This document shows positions 28,101 to 45,627 of a stretch of DNA of 64,000 nt, piece after piece. The notes beneath the pieces are model-generated. The model was not told where the DNA came from. It worked only from the letters and a program-made list of their open reading frames with translations, and made no database searches. The stretch covers positions 319,850-383,849 of the forward strand of contig JAPDFW010000073.1 of assembly GCA_028826165.1 (NCBI GenBank), read 5' to 3'. Position 1 is the stretch's first letter, and every line of letters starts with the position of its first letter. The translations under genes and the position numbers were made by a program. Origin of the DNA: Anaeramoeba ignava BMAN (taxonomy: Eukaryota > Protista > Anaeramoebae).

Positions 28101-29723
28101 AATTTTGGATCAAAATCTAAAATTGAAGAAGCTTTAATTAAAAGATAAGCAAGAGTATCATTACTATCAACAAGTTGTAATTCAATTGCACTTTTTCCTT
28201 TTGGAGTATCTGTTTGTTCTTGAAGCTTTTCAAATTTTAATTTTATAAATGAATTTTAATTTTAATTTTAATTTTAAATTGAATTTTGATTTTAATTTTA
28301 ATTTTAATTTTAATTTTAATTTTAATTTTAATTTTAATTTTAATTTTAATTTTAAATTTAATTTTAATTTTAATTTTAAATATTAATTTTAATTTTAATT
28401 TTAATTTTAATTTTAATTTTAATTTTAATTTTAATTTTATAAATGAATTTTGATTTTAATTTTGATTTTATAAATGAATTTTAAATTGATTTCATTTACT
28501 TTCCATGAACTTGGAAAAGAAATTCCAATAAATGGATTACATCCTTCAAAAATATCAAATTTTTCAAAAGAATTAGTTTTTGGTTTAGATAAAGTAAATG
28601 TGGCACAAGCAACAAGAAAATGATTTTTAAATTGATCCCAAACAGGAGAACGTGCAACACCACTTTTTTTTGAAATAAATTCATTTCAATTAATCTTAAT
28701 AAAATCAATCTTTTTTTTTTAAAAAAAATAATTTTAAAAAGGAGAAATTTATTTACCAAATCATAAATATTCTTTTATTATTTGAAAAAGCCATTGCTCT
28801 CATAACATCTGTTTCAGAATCTCGAACTAAAGGATAATAATTTTAAATTTAATTTTGAATTTAAATTTAATTTTAATTTTAATTTGAATTTTAATTTTAA
28901 TTTTAAATTTCAATTTTAAATTTAAATTTAATTTTAATTTGAATTATAAATTGAATTTTGATTTTAATTTTAATTTTAATATTAATTTTAAATTTGAATT
29001 TTAATTTTAAAATGAATTTTGAATTTTAATTTCAATTTTGAATTATAAATTGAATTATAAATTGAATTATAAATTGAATTATAAATTGAATTATGAATTG
29101 AATTATAAATTGAATTATAAATTGAATTATGAATTGAATTATAAATTGAATTTTAATTTCAATTTTGAATTATAAATTGAATTATAAATTGAATTATAAA
29201 TTGAATTTTAATTTAAATTTTAAATTGAATTTTAAATTTAATTTTTAAATTGAATTATGAATTGAATTTTAAATTGAATTTTAATTTTAATTTTAATTTT
29301 AAAATGAATTTGGAAAATACTTTTATAAGCACCACAATCAATAACAATTCCTTTTGAAGGAACTTTCCACCAACGAGTAGCGAAAATTTGCCAGTTATCA
29401 GCTTTACAAAAATATTCCATCCAATCTTCCAAATTGATTTCGAATTTAAACTTACACATAGTAACTGAAACAAAAGGAGCAGAAGGTTCCATAACTGGAG
29501 CAAATAAACCAATAATCCACCAGCGTGGAAAGTGTTTGTTGACCTCTTTAACTTCTGAATCAACTTGCCATTGCTTTGGTAGTACAATGCTGTATTTGTA
29601 TTTTTCAAAACCGCCTGGTGTGAATTTTATTGTTTCATGCGTTTTTGCTAATGGTTTGTTTAAATGTAATGGTATTATCGGTAAATCAAATAGAAATTGA
29701 TCTTTTTCTTCTTTTTGGTTCAT
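25162..29723 (-). CDS. FYVE-domain protein with unassigned N- and C-terminal domains; 9 exons
   Basis: Introns 28827-29320, 28663-28756, 28226-28499, 28007-28063, 27657-27949, 27115-27301, 26392-26524 and 25390-26214 give one open frame. Canonical FYVE: WLVD...CMNC...RRHHCRNCG...CSKC...RVCDNC. Confidence 0.85.
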
Positions 29724-29837
29724 CTTCTTTTTTTCTTTTTTTTTTCGCTCTTGTTTTATTTAGAAATGAAAAAAGCAAAAAAAAAATGATTTTTTTTCAT
29801 TTTTTTTCATTTTTTTTTTTCATTTTTTTTTTAGTTA

Positions 29838-32061
29838 ATGTCAAACTGTATAAATCAATTAAATAATAATGTATTTTTCAATACAAAATTAAATACAAAT
29901 TTAAAATCAAATTCAAAATTCAATTTAAAATCAAATTCAATTTAAAAATCAAAATCAAATTCAAAATATAAATTCAATTTCAATTTCAAATTCAAAATCA
30001 AAATCAAATTCAAAATTCAAATAAAATTCAATTTCAAATTCAAATTCAAAATCAAATTCAAATTCAAATTCAAATTCAAATTCAAAATCAAAATCAAAAT
30101 TTAAATTCAAAATCAAAACCAAATTCAAATTCAAAATTAAATTCAAATTCAATTTAAAAATTCAAAATCAAATTCAATTTAAAATTCAAAATCAAAATTC
30201 AAATTCAAAATCAAATTCAAATTCAAATTAAAATTCAAAATCAATTTCAATTTCAAATTCAAATCAAATTCAAAATTCAAATTTAAAATCAAATTCAAAT
30301 TCAAATTCAAAATTCAAATTTAAAATCAAATTCAAATTCAAAATCAAATTCAATTTAAATATAAATTAAATATAAATTCAAAATCAAAATCAAAATCAAA
30401 TTCAAATTCAAAATCAAAATCAAATTCAAATTCAAAATTCAATTTAAAATCAAAATCAAATTCAAATTCAAAATCAAAATCAAATTCAAATTCAAAATCA
30501 AAATCAAATTCAAAATTCAATTTCAAATTCAAAATCAAATTCAATTTAAATATAAATTAAATATAAATTCAAAATCAAATTCAAATTCAAAATCAAAATC
30601 AAAATCAAATCAAAATCAAAATTCAAAATTCAATTTCAAATTCAAAATCAAAATTCAAATTCAATTCAAATTCAAATTCAAATTCAAATTTAAAAAAAAA
30701 AGATTTTTAATCGATGCATGAAAGAAACTCCTAATGGAATTGGGACTATTATTGCAAAAACAATATATAGTTTTATTTATCCAGAATTAATAATGAATTT
30801 CTTTGTGATTTGCATAATGATTCTTCCTTGGTTAATGTTTCAAAAGAAATCAAGTTTTTCACTAGATAATTCATTAAAAAGAAGATTTTTATTATCAAAA
30901 TTGAATTTTATTAATTTTATTCATCGATTATGTTATACATTTACATTAGATATTATTCTTTATTCAATATTTAGACAAAGAAGACCTGTATTTATTTAGA
31001 AATTTAATTAGAAATTTATTTAGAAATTTATTTATAAAATTATTTATAAAATTATTTAGAAATTATTTAGAAATTTATTTATAAAATTATTTGAAAAATT
31101 ATTTGAAAAATTATTTGAAAAATTATTTAGAAATTTATTTATAAAATTATTTAGAAATTTATTTAGAAAATTATTTGAAAAATTATTTGTAAAATTATTT
31201 GTAAAATTATTTAGAAATTTATTTATAAAATTATTTAGAAATTTATTTAGAAAATTATTTGAAAAATTATTTGTAAAATTATTTGAAAAATTATTTAGAA
31301 ATTTAATTTAGAAATTATTTAGAAATTTATTTATAAATTTATTTGAAATTATTTGAAATTTATTTAGAAAATTATTTGAAAAATTGATTTGCAAAATTTA
31401 GTGTAAATGTGAATCAAATGGTGATGGAATTTATACTCCTGTTGGATCGATATATGGTATGCCTTCTGGTGATTCTTTAACAGCTGCTCTTATTGGAACA
31501 TTTTTAATTGAACAAGCACCAATTATGCCAATTATATCAAGAATTTTAGGAGTTTTAGTTTTTATTTTTGTGATGTTTGAAAGAGTTATTCTTGGATATC
31601 ATTCATTAGGTCAAGTTATTAGTGGAGCTTCCTTGGGAGTTGCTTTGCATTTTTATTCAACTCGACTCCCTCAATATGTTACATTTATCGATAATTTCCT
31701 TCAATTAGTTTTTGGAGCAATTTTTTTACGATTAGATCCTTCACTTCGTTTTGGAAAATATGATGATAATAATTTATTTGGATGGCTTTTTGATGGTTAT
31801 GCTTTTATCATTTTTGAAAGTATTTTATTGTTTAGATTCTATTGGAAAATTGATTGGAAAATGTTGAAATTTAGTTATGTTAAAATGATGAAAAATTTAG
31901 ATCCTTTTGATAAAGAAAATCCAAATTTTAGTGTTAAATCAAAAATTTCTCATTTAACTGTTTCATCTTTATCGGATACTTTTTATTTTTGGATTGCTTT
32001 TTTTATTTGTTTAGTTATTCAATATTTAGCTTATTGTTTTGAGAATTATGGTTGGGATTGA
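29838..32061 (+). CDS. PAP2-superfamily membrane protein (dolichyl-PP/lipid phosphatase-like); introns 29871-30702 and 30988-31401
   Basis: RQRRP / YGMPSGDS / ERVILGYHSLGQV motifs with several hydrophobic helices. Confidence 0.8.
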
Positions 32062-32201
32062 AAATTAAAATTAAAATCAAAACAAAAGAAAGAAAGAAAG
32101 AAAATTTTCTTTTTATTAATACAATAAAAATTATATTCAAAATAAAATTTAAAAAAAAAGAAAGAAAGCTACAAAATGATTCAAAAAAAATTATTTCCAA
32201 A

Positions 32202-34665
32202 TCAATTTTCATCATCATTTTCATTTTCATTTTCATCTTCATTTTCATTTTCATTTTCATTTTCATTTTCATTTTCATTTTCATTTTCATTTTCATTTTC
32301 ATTTTCATTTTCATTTTCATTTTCATTTTCATTTTCATTTTCATTTTCATTTAAATTTTCATTTTCATCATCATTTTCATTTTCATTTTCATTTTCATTT
32401 TCATTTTCATTTTCATTTAAATTTTCATTTCATCATTTTCATTTTCATTTTCATTTTCATTTTCATTTTCATCATCATTTTCATTTCATTTTCATTTTCA
32501 TTTTCATTTTCATTTTCATTTTCATTTTCATTTTCATTTTCATTTTCATTTTCATTTTCATTTTCATTTTCATTTTCATTTTCATCATCATAATCTTCAT
32601 TTAAATTTAAGTTTAAATTTAAATTTTCATTTTCATTTAAATTTTTTTCAAGTTGGATATTTTGAATTTTTCTTTCAAACATTAATTGATCAATTTTTAA
32701 CAATTTAAATTTAGTTGTTTCTCTTTTCAAAACAGTATTTGCAAGAGAATAAACATTATCCCATTTTTGATTCATTTTTTCTAATTGTTGAACAATTTGA
32801 AATTGAGATAATAATTGTGGATTTTTTATTCTTTTCCTTGCACGAAACCAAGCATCATTTGAAGGATCATTTTCAGGAGGTTGTGGTTTATATTCAAATA
32901 ATAAACGTGTTCCAATTTTCTCCATTTTTTCGACCCAATAATTATAAACACTTTTAACAATTTCTTGATCGATTGATTCAAATATTTTTAAAGCATCTTC
33001 AATAGTGATAATTTTTTCATCATTTCCTGATGCTTTTTCCAAATGATCAATTATTAATTCAAGTAAATCTGGTGTTAAAATTGATATATTTTTTTGATTT
33101 TGATTTTTTTGATTTCTTGAATTTCTTGAATTTCTTGAATTTCTTGAATTTATTTGATTTCTTTGTTTTGCATTAAATTGTTCTATAAATTTTAAATCTT
33201 CAGGTTGAATATCATAACTTATATTTAAAAAATATTCAAATTTTGGTGGTTCAATGTATCTTAAATAATTTTCTGGTCTTTTAAATGGTTTCTCAATATT
33301 TTTTCTATTATCTTTATTTATGTTTAAATTGGAAATTTGTTTCAATTTTGGAATTGGAATATTTTGGATATTATTTGCATTTTGTAAGCGACTTTTAATG
33401 TGTTCTTCCTTTTTATTTTTTGAGATGAATTATTTTGATTTATTTTGAATATTTATTTGAAATGAAATTATTTGATTTGAATTGATTTAATATTGATTTG
33501 ATTTGAATATTGATTTGAAATGATTTAATTTAATATTGATTTGAAATGATTTAATTTAATTTAAAATTGATTTGATTTGATTTGATTTAATATTGATTTG
33601 AATTGATTTGATTTGATTTAATTTAATTTGATTTAATATTGATTTGATTTAATTTAATATTGATTTGATTTGATTTAATATTGATTTAATTTAAAATTGA
33701 TTTGATTTGAATTGATTTGAATTGATTTGATTTGATTTGATTGAATATTGATTTGATTTAAAATTGATTTAATATTGATTTGAATTGATTTGATTTGATT
33801 TGATTTAATTTGATTTAATTTGATTTAATTTGATTTAATTTGATTTAAAATTTATTTAATATTGATTTAATATTGATTTAAAATTGATTTAATTTGAATT
33901 GATTTGATTTGAATTGAATTGATTTGATTTAATTTAATTTGATTTAATATTGATTTGATTTAATTTAATATTGATTTGATTTGATTTAATATTGATTTAA
34001 TTTGATTTAATATTGATTTGATTTAATTTAATATTGATTTGATTTGATTTGATTTGAATTGAATTGAATTGATTTGATTTGATTTAATTTGATTTAATTT
34101 GATTTAATATTTATTTGAAATGAAATTATTTGATTTGATTTGATTTGATTTAATTTGAATTAATATTGATTTAATATTGATTTAATTTGAATTGAATATT
34201 GATTTGATTTGATTTGATTTAATTTAATATTGATTTAATTTGATTTAATATTGATTTGATTTGATTTAATTTTATTTGAAAATTGATTTAATATTGATTT
34301 GATTTGATTTAAATTGATTTAATATTGATTTAATATTAATTTGATTTGATTTGAATATTGATTTGATTTAATATTGATTTAATATTGATTTAATATTGAT
34401 TTAATATTGATTTGTATTGATTTGATTTAAAATTTAATTGAATTTAATTGTTTTGAAATTATTTTGGAATGAATTGTTTGATTTAATTTGAAATTATTTG
34501 GAAAAGAAATATTATTTGATTGTTTACTTTTTGTTCTTCTTCTTCTATTCCTGTATCAACTTCTGGCATTACTTGAATTGTTGGCATTGCATCAATTTCA
34601 GATTTTGGAATAACTTTAAGTCTTTTTTCTGGATTAATTGGTCTTGAACGAATTGAAATGCTCAT
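32202..34665 (-). CDS. EPC1: Enhancer of polycomb (EPC/Epl1, NuA4 subunit) with a C-terminal (EN)n tail; intron 33409-34527
   Basis: SIRSRPINP, TGIEEEEQKEEHI, IPIP, FKRPENYLRY, YDIQPEDLKFI, IIDHLEK, VYNYWVEK and DAWFRAR. The 3' end is uncertain because of indels in the repeat. Confidence 0.8.
33409..34527 (-). repeat. 1.1-kb intron of degenerate (AAATC)n pentamers
   Basis: Splits EQK|EEH of the EPC gene. Confidence 0.85.
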
Positions 34666-34813
34666 TAAAAATAATAAAAAAAAATGAAAAAAAAAATGAA
34701 AAAAAAAATTTAACTTTTTTTAACGTTTTTATTTATTTTTTTGATATTTTTTATTTTTATTTTGATTTTGGAAAATTAAAAAAAATTAAGAAATTAGAAA
34801 AGAAAAGAAAAGA

Positions 34814-37800
34814 TTAATTTGTAGAAACTTGATGAAGACAATTAAAACCATCAGAATTTTCAACTAATAAAAATGGATTCCATTTATTTTGAGTATCCCA
34901 TTCAAAAACAGCAGAAGCAAGACTAAAAAATTGAAATTAAAAATTAAAATTAAAATTAAAAATTAAAATTAAAATTAAAATTAAAATCGGATAAAAAATT
35001 AAAATTAAATTTACAATTAAAATTAAAATTAAAAATTAAAATTAAAATTAAAATCGGATAAAAAATTAAATTTAAAATTAAATTTAATATTAAAATTAAT
35101 TTATAAAATTAAAATCGGATAAAAAATTAAAATTAATTTACCTTGGATTTTTTAAAATTAAAACACATTCTTGTGCTCTTGAAACAACAAAATCTCCAAA
35201 TACATCTTTTGAAAGAACAATTTTTGTTAAAGTTAATAAAGCTCTTGGAATTAATTCATGATCTCTTGCTGCTAATTTTGAAAATGAAAAAACAAGTGTT
35301 GTAAATAATCTTGAATTTTGTGCTTCTTCATTTGAAAGAATTTTTGATAATTCTAATGGTGTTTTTGGTTCTGTTTTTAAATTTTCAAGTGTTTTATTTT
35401 CACTTTGTTCTGTTTTTAATTGAAGTAATTTTTCAAAAGTGAATGTTTCCATTAACTAAATAATTAAAGAAAATAAAGTTAAATTTTGAATTTCAAATTA
35501 AATTATTTCCAATTAAATTATTTCCAAATTAAATTATTTTTAAATTAAATTATTTCCAAATTAAATTATTTTTAAATTAAATTATTTCCAAATTAAATTA
35601 TTTCCAAATTAAATTATTTCCAAATTAAATTATTTCTAAATTAAATTATTTTTAAATTAAATTATTTCTAAATTAAATTATTTATAAATTAAATTATTTC
35701 CAAATTAAATTATTTCTAATTAAATTATTTCCAAATTAAATTATTTATAAATTAAATTATTTCCAAATTAAATTATTTCCAAATTAAATTATTTCTAGAT
35801 TAAATTATTTCCAAATTAAATTATTTCTAAATTAAATTATTTCCAAATTAAATTATTTATAAATTAAATTATTTCCAAATTAAATTATTTTTAAATTAAA
35901 TTATTTCTAAATTATATTATTTTCAAATTAAATTATTTTTAAATTAAATTATTTCTAAATTATTTCTAAATTAAATTATTTCCATCTTAATTCTATTGGT
36001 GTTTTGAATTTAAAATTTAGAATTTAAAATTGTCCTACTAACATCATAAAATTCAAAAATCATTTTGTTATCACATCTTTCATCAACTTTAGGAGAAGTA
36101 TATTCTCCAATTAACCAAAAAATATTAACAAGAAAATCAACTGAAGATCCTGAAATAGAACTAATTAAATGATCTTTTAAATCAACAATCAAAGCTGGAT
36201 ATTGTTCAAAAAAAGCCAGAATTTTAACACTAATAATATTTTGAACAGGTAATTCATATCTTTCAAAAGGAATTAATTGATGAAATCTTTCAAACATATT
36301 AGAAACAAGTTCTTTGACTTGAACATAAGATCCATAACAAAGAATAACATCAAAATAAATATCAAGTAATGCAGGAATAATAACACAAGCTTGAATAACT
36401 CGAGGACTTAAAGTTTTACGATGAAATTTCATTAAGAAATCAAAAAAATTAGTGAAAATTGGAAGAGTTGATGAATTCCAAAAATTTCCAAAAGTTCCGA
36501 CTTCTCTTCTCATAATATAATTAAATAAAACTCTGAATTCTTGTAATTTAGAATCGGATTCAATTGAAGAAAAATTTCCACCTTCATAAAATAATTTCCA
36601 TTCAAGAGAAGCTGTTAAAAGTGGAAGATCAAGAATTAGGTGGAAAATTTCCAAATAATTTGTTGGATGAATTAATGAAGGAAGAATTTCAACAAATTCA
36701 CTAATTTGATTAATATTTAATTTAATATTGATTTGAATTGAATTGAATTGAATTGAATTGAATTGATTTGATTTAATTTGATTTGATTTGATTTAAATTT
36801 GATTTGATTTGATTTGATTTGATTTGATTTAATTTGATTTGATTTGATTTGATTTGATTAATTTGATTTGATTTGATTTGATTTGATTTGATTTGATTTG
36901 ATTTGAATTGATTTGATTTGAATTGATTTGATTTAATTTAATTTAAATTGATTTGATTTGATTTTGAATTGAATTTGATTTGATTTAATTTGAATTGAAT
37001 TGATTTAATTTGAATAATGATTTGATTTGATTTAATATTGATTTGATATTGATTTGATTTGATTTGATTTGATTTGATTTGATTTGATTTGATTTGATTT
37101 TGAATTGAATTTGATTTAATTTGATTTAATATTGATTTAATTTGATTTGAATAATGATTTGATTTGATTTGATTTATACCTTGCAAGTGTTTGTGGATTC
37201 CATGCAACAACTCTTAAAATTGGCATGACATGATCTGAAAAAACTGTTGTTCGAATCAAAATATCTCTATTTTCAATTACAAAATTCATAGTTTCAAAAG
37301 CAACTAAAGAATCATAATCTTTTAAAAGAAATAGAAAAAAAGAATAATTCAATTCAAATTTAAATTTAAATTTAAAATTAAAATTTTGAAATAATAATAA
37401 TTACATTTTTCAGAAATAATTGAAAAACAAGATTCAAAATAAGGATCAGAATCAAAAACATCATTTCCCATTAAATGATGACAAACAAAATCTAAAACAC
37501 CTAAAGCTAAGAAAACATCTTGATTAGAATTACTTTTATCAAGTAATTTTTTTGTTAAAGGAGTGAATCTTGAAACCTTAAAAAATCGGAAAAAAATATT
37601 TGAATAAAAAAATCAATCATTTTAATATAATTATTATTTACAAGTGATTTATCTAAAGAACATAATTCATCAAGTATTCTTAGTGATTCAAGTGCAGAAA
37701 CTTTTTGAAATGCTTTATCTTTTTTTTCAACAGGAGTAATATCCGATTGTTCTATTACTCTTGTACAATATGAAATTAAACAATCTCGAAATTCTGATTT

Positions 37801-39899
37801 TAATGAAGAAAGTGGAGTTTTTTGAAAATAAAATAAAGATAACTTTTGCTCTTCCTGTTTAATTATAATTTTAATTATAATTTTAATTTTAATTTTAATT
37901 TTAATTTTAAATTTTAATTTTAATTTTAATTTTAATTTTAATTTTAATTTTAATTTTAATTTTAATTTTAATTTTAATTTTAATTTTTAATTTTAATTTT
38001 AATTTTATAAATTAATTTTTGATTTTAATTTTATAAATTAATTATAATTTTAATTTTATAAATTAATTATAATTTTAATTTTAATTTTAATTTTAATTTT
38101 TAATTTTAATTTTAATTTTAATTTTAATTTTAATTTTAATTTTAATTTTAATTTTAATTTTAATTATTTTCTTAAACACACATTAATTTGTATAGTTTTT
38201 TCATTTGTTTCTGTTTCACTTTCTTTTCTATTTTCTTTTGGTGTTTGTTGTGGTGTTTGATCAAGATTAGAATCTTCTGAAATTTCAGAAGTTTTAAAAT
38301 AAATATTGCTAAGCCAAGAACGAATTAATGAAAATGAAAGAGAATTATAAACTTGGTCTAAATTTTTTGAATTTCAATTTTTTGAATTTAAATTTTTTGA
38401 ATTTAAATTTTTTGATTTTAAAAATTTCTGTTTAAAAATTTTTTGAATTTAAATTTTTTGAATTTCAATTTGTTTTAAATTTTTTGATTTTAAATTTTTT
38501 GAATTTAAAAATTTCTGTTTAAAAATTTCTAATCAACTAATATAAAAGATAATATACCTGCTGCATAAACTTGAGATCCATTAAGAATTGTAAAAAAATC
38601 TTTATATCTACTTCCATCTAATTCAACAGTAGAAATTTGAGTATCCTTTCTCCAAACTAAAAAATTAAAAAATTAAAATTAAAATTAAAAAATTAAACAA
38701 TTAAAAAATTAAAAAATTAAAATTACAAGTTCCTGATTGTTCAATAACTAAAGATGCTGTTTTAAGCCATGTTGTCATTTGTCTTTCAATAGTTTCAATA
38801 GTTGATGAATTATCTCTGAAAATATTTGAATGAGAATAAACTAAAATTTTTTAAAAATTAATGAAAAATATTTTTGAATATTTTGAAAAAGAAAAATTAA
38901 TTTAATTTACTTAATTGGTTTAAATTTGTTAATATTAGTTCGCATGCTATTAAATCTCTTTGAAGCCATGATTCAAATTGAGATAATTTACTTTGTAAAA
39001 CTGAACCATCTTTAATAACATGAAGAAGATCCATTAAAGCTAATAATTTATCTCCATTAGATTCTGAAAAACTAATTTAAATATAAATTTAATTATAAAT
39101 TTAATTATAAATATAATTATAAATTTAATTATAAATTTAATTATAAATTTAATTATAATTATAAATATAAATTTAATTATAAATTTGATTATAAATTTAA
39201 TTATAAATTTAATTATAAATTTAATTATAAATTTAATTATAAATTTAATTATAAATATAATTTTAAATTTAATTATAAATTTAATTATAAATTTTGATAT
39301 AAATTTAATTATAAATATAATTATAAATATAATTATAAATATAATTATTAATTTAATTATAAATATAATTATAAATTTAATTATAAATTTAATTATAAAT
39401 TTAATTATAATTATAAATATAAATTTAATTATAAATATAATTATAAATATAATTATAAATATAATTATAAATTTAATTATAAATTTAATTTTAAATTTAA
39501 TTATAAATTTAATTATAAATTTAATTATAAATATAATTTTAAATGTGAATTTTTACGAGGAATCAACTAAACTTGTTTTCATTCCTGTTGATTTTCTAAG
39601 AAGATGAACACAAATAGATTTAATTTTATTTGAAGATTTTGGATCTTGAAGAAGATTTAAACTTTTTTAAAAAATAAAAATTTAATTTAAAATTTTAATT
39701 AATTTAAATTAATTTTATTTTACAGTAATTTTATTAATTGTTTATAAGATTTTGATTTCTTTTTAATTGTAAATTGATAAAGAAAAATTTTGCGAATTTC
39801 ATCTAACATTTCTCTTCCTCTATTTCCTGATTGAAAAATAGTAATTGCATTTGATAAAACTTTAGCAAAATCTTTTGAAGCTAATTTAGGTCTTTCCAT
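34814..39899 (-). CDS. AP5Z1: AP-5 complex subunit zeta, multi-exon
   Basis: TTWLKTASL, VELDGSRYKDFFTILN...DQVYNSLSFSLIRSWL, EIFHLILDLPLLTASLE, FWLIGEY, KLAARDHELIPRA and RAQECVLILKNPSLASAV. Confidence 0.85.
35480..35985 (-). repeat. Intronic 16-mer minisatellite (AAATTAAATTATTTCC)n in AP5Z1
   Basis: Directly visible tandem unit (given as plus strand). Confidence 0.85.
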
Positions 39900-40019
39900 T
39901 AATTTAATTTAATTTTTAATTTTGAAAAAAAATGAAAAAAATAATTTTAATAATTTTAATAATTTTAATAATTTTTTTTTTGTTAATTTTTTTTTTCATT
40001 TTTTTTTTTCTTAATTTAA

Positions 40020-44163
<4,144 letters not shown>

Positions 44164-44239
44164 TTATTGATTATTAAAGAAATTTCAAATTTGGTTGTTA
44201 TTTTTAAATTTAAAAATTAAAAAATAAAAATTAAAATTG

Positions 44240-45460
44240 AAAATGAAAAAAAGTGGAATAAATTGATTATTAATTTGATTTTAATTTTGATTGATTATTG
44301 ATTTATTTTTAGATTTAAAATTAAAATTAAAATGAAAAAAAGTGGAATAAATTGATTATTAATTTGATTTTAATTTGATTTTAATTTGATTATTGATTTA
44401 TTTTTAGATTTAAAATTGAAATAAAAAAAAGTGGAATAAATTGATTATTAATTTGATTTAGATTTGATTTTGATTTATTTTTAGATTTATTTTTAGATTT
44501 AAAATTGAAATTAAAAAAATGGAATAAATTGATTATTAATTTGATTTAATTTAATTTAATTTGATTTATTTTTAGATTTTAAAATTAAAATTAAAATGAA
44601 AAAAAGTGGAATAAATTGATTATTAATTTATTTTTAGTTTTGAATTTTAATTTGATTTAGATTTATTTTTAGATTTAAAATTAAAATTAAAAAAAGTGGA
44701 ATAAATTGATTATTAATTTGATTTTAATTTAATTTTAATTTGATTTTAATTTTAATTTAATTTGATTTTGATTTGATTGATTATTTATTTATTTTTAGAT
44801 TTAAAAATTAAAATGAAAAAAAGTGGAATAAATTGATTATTAATTTAATTTAATTTTGATTGATTATTGATTTATTTTTAGATTTAAAATTGAAATTGAA
44901 ATAAAAAAAAGTGGAATAAATTGATTATTAATTTAATTTAATTTAATTTTGATTGATGATTAATTTATTTTTAGATTTGAAATTAAAATTAAAAAAAAGT
45001 GGAATAAATTGATTATTAATTTGATTTTAATTTGATTTTGATTTGATTATTGATTTGATTTGAAATTGAAATAAAAAAAGTGGAATAAATTGATTATTAA
45101 TTTAATTTAAATTTGAATTTAATTTGATTTATTTTTAAAATTGAAATTGAAATAAAAAAAGTGGAATAAATTGATTATTGATTTGATTTAATTTAATTTA
45201 ATTTGATTTATTTTTAGATTTAAAATTAAAATTAAAAAAAGTGGAATAAATTGATTATTGATTTTAATTTGAATTTGATTTTGATTTTGATTGATTAATT
45301 TATTTTTAGATTTAAAATTAAAATGAAAAAAAATGGAATAAATTGATTATTAATTTGATTTAATTTTAATTTTGATTGATTATTAATTTATTTTTAGATT
45401 TAAAATTAAAATGGAAAAAAGTGGAATAAATTGATTATTAATTTGATTTTGATTTTGATT
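44240..45460. repeat. Intergenic tandem array, about 14 copies of a ~88-bp unit with core AAAAAAAGTGGAATAAATTGATTATT
   Basis: Core at about 44253, 44342, 44431, 44520, 44606, 44696, 44823, 44911, 44999, 45080, 45161, 45241, 45333 and 45421. Confidence 0.9.
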
Positions 45461-45627
45461 TGATTTTAATTTCGATTTCGATTTTAATTGATTTTTTAAA
45501 AAGAAAAAAAAAAGTAAAAAAGAGAAAAATTACATCATCACTTTTAAAAAAAAAATTTTTTTTTTATTAAATTTTTTTTTTCATTTTTTTTTTTCATTTT
45601 AAATTAAATTAAATCAAATTAAATTAA

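Noticed and set aside
44240-45460. CRISPR-like repeat-spacer array
   Set aside because: The linkers are related low-complexity sequence rather than unique spacers. The context is eukaryotic and no cas genes are present.
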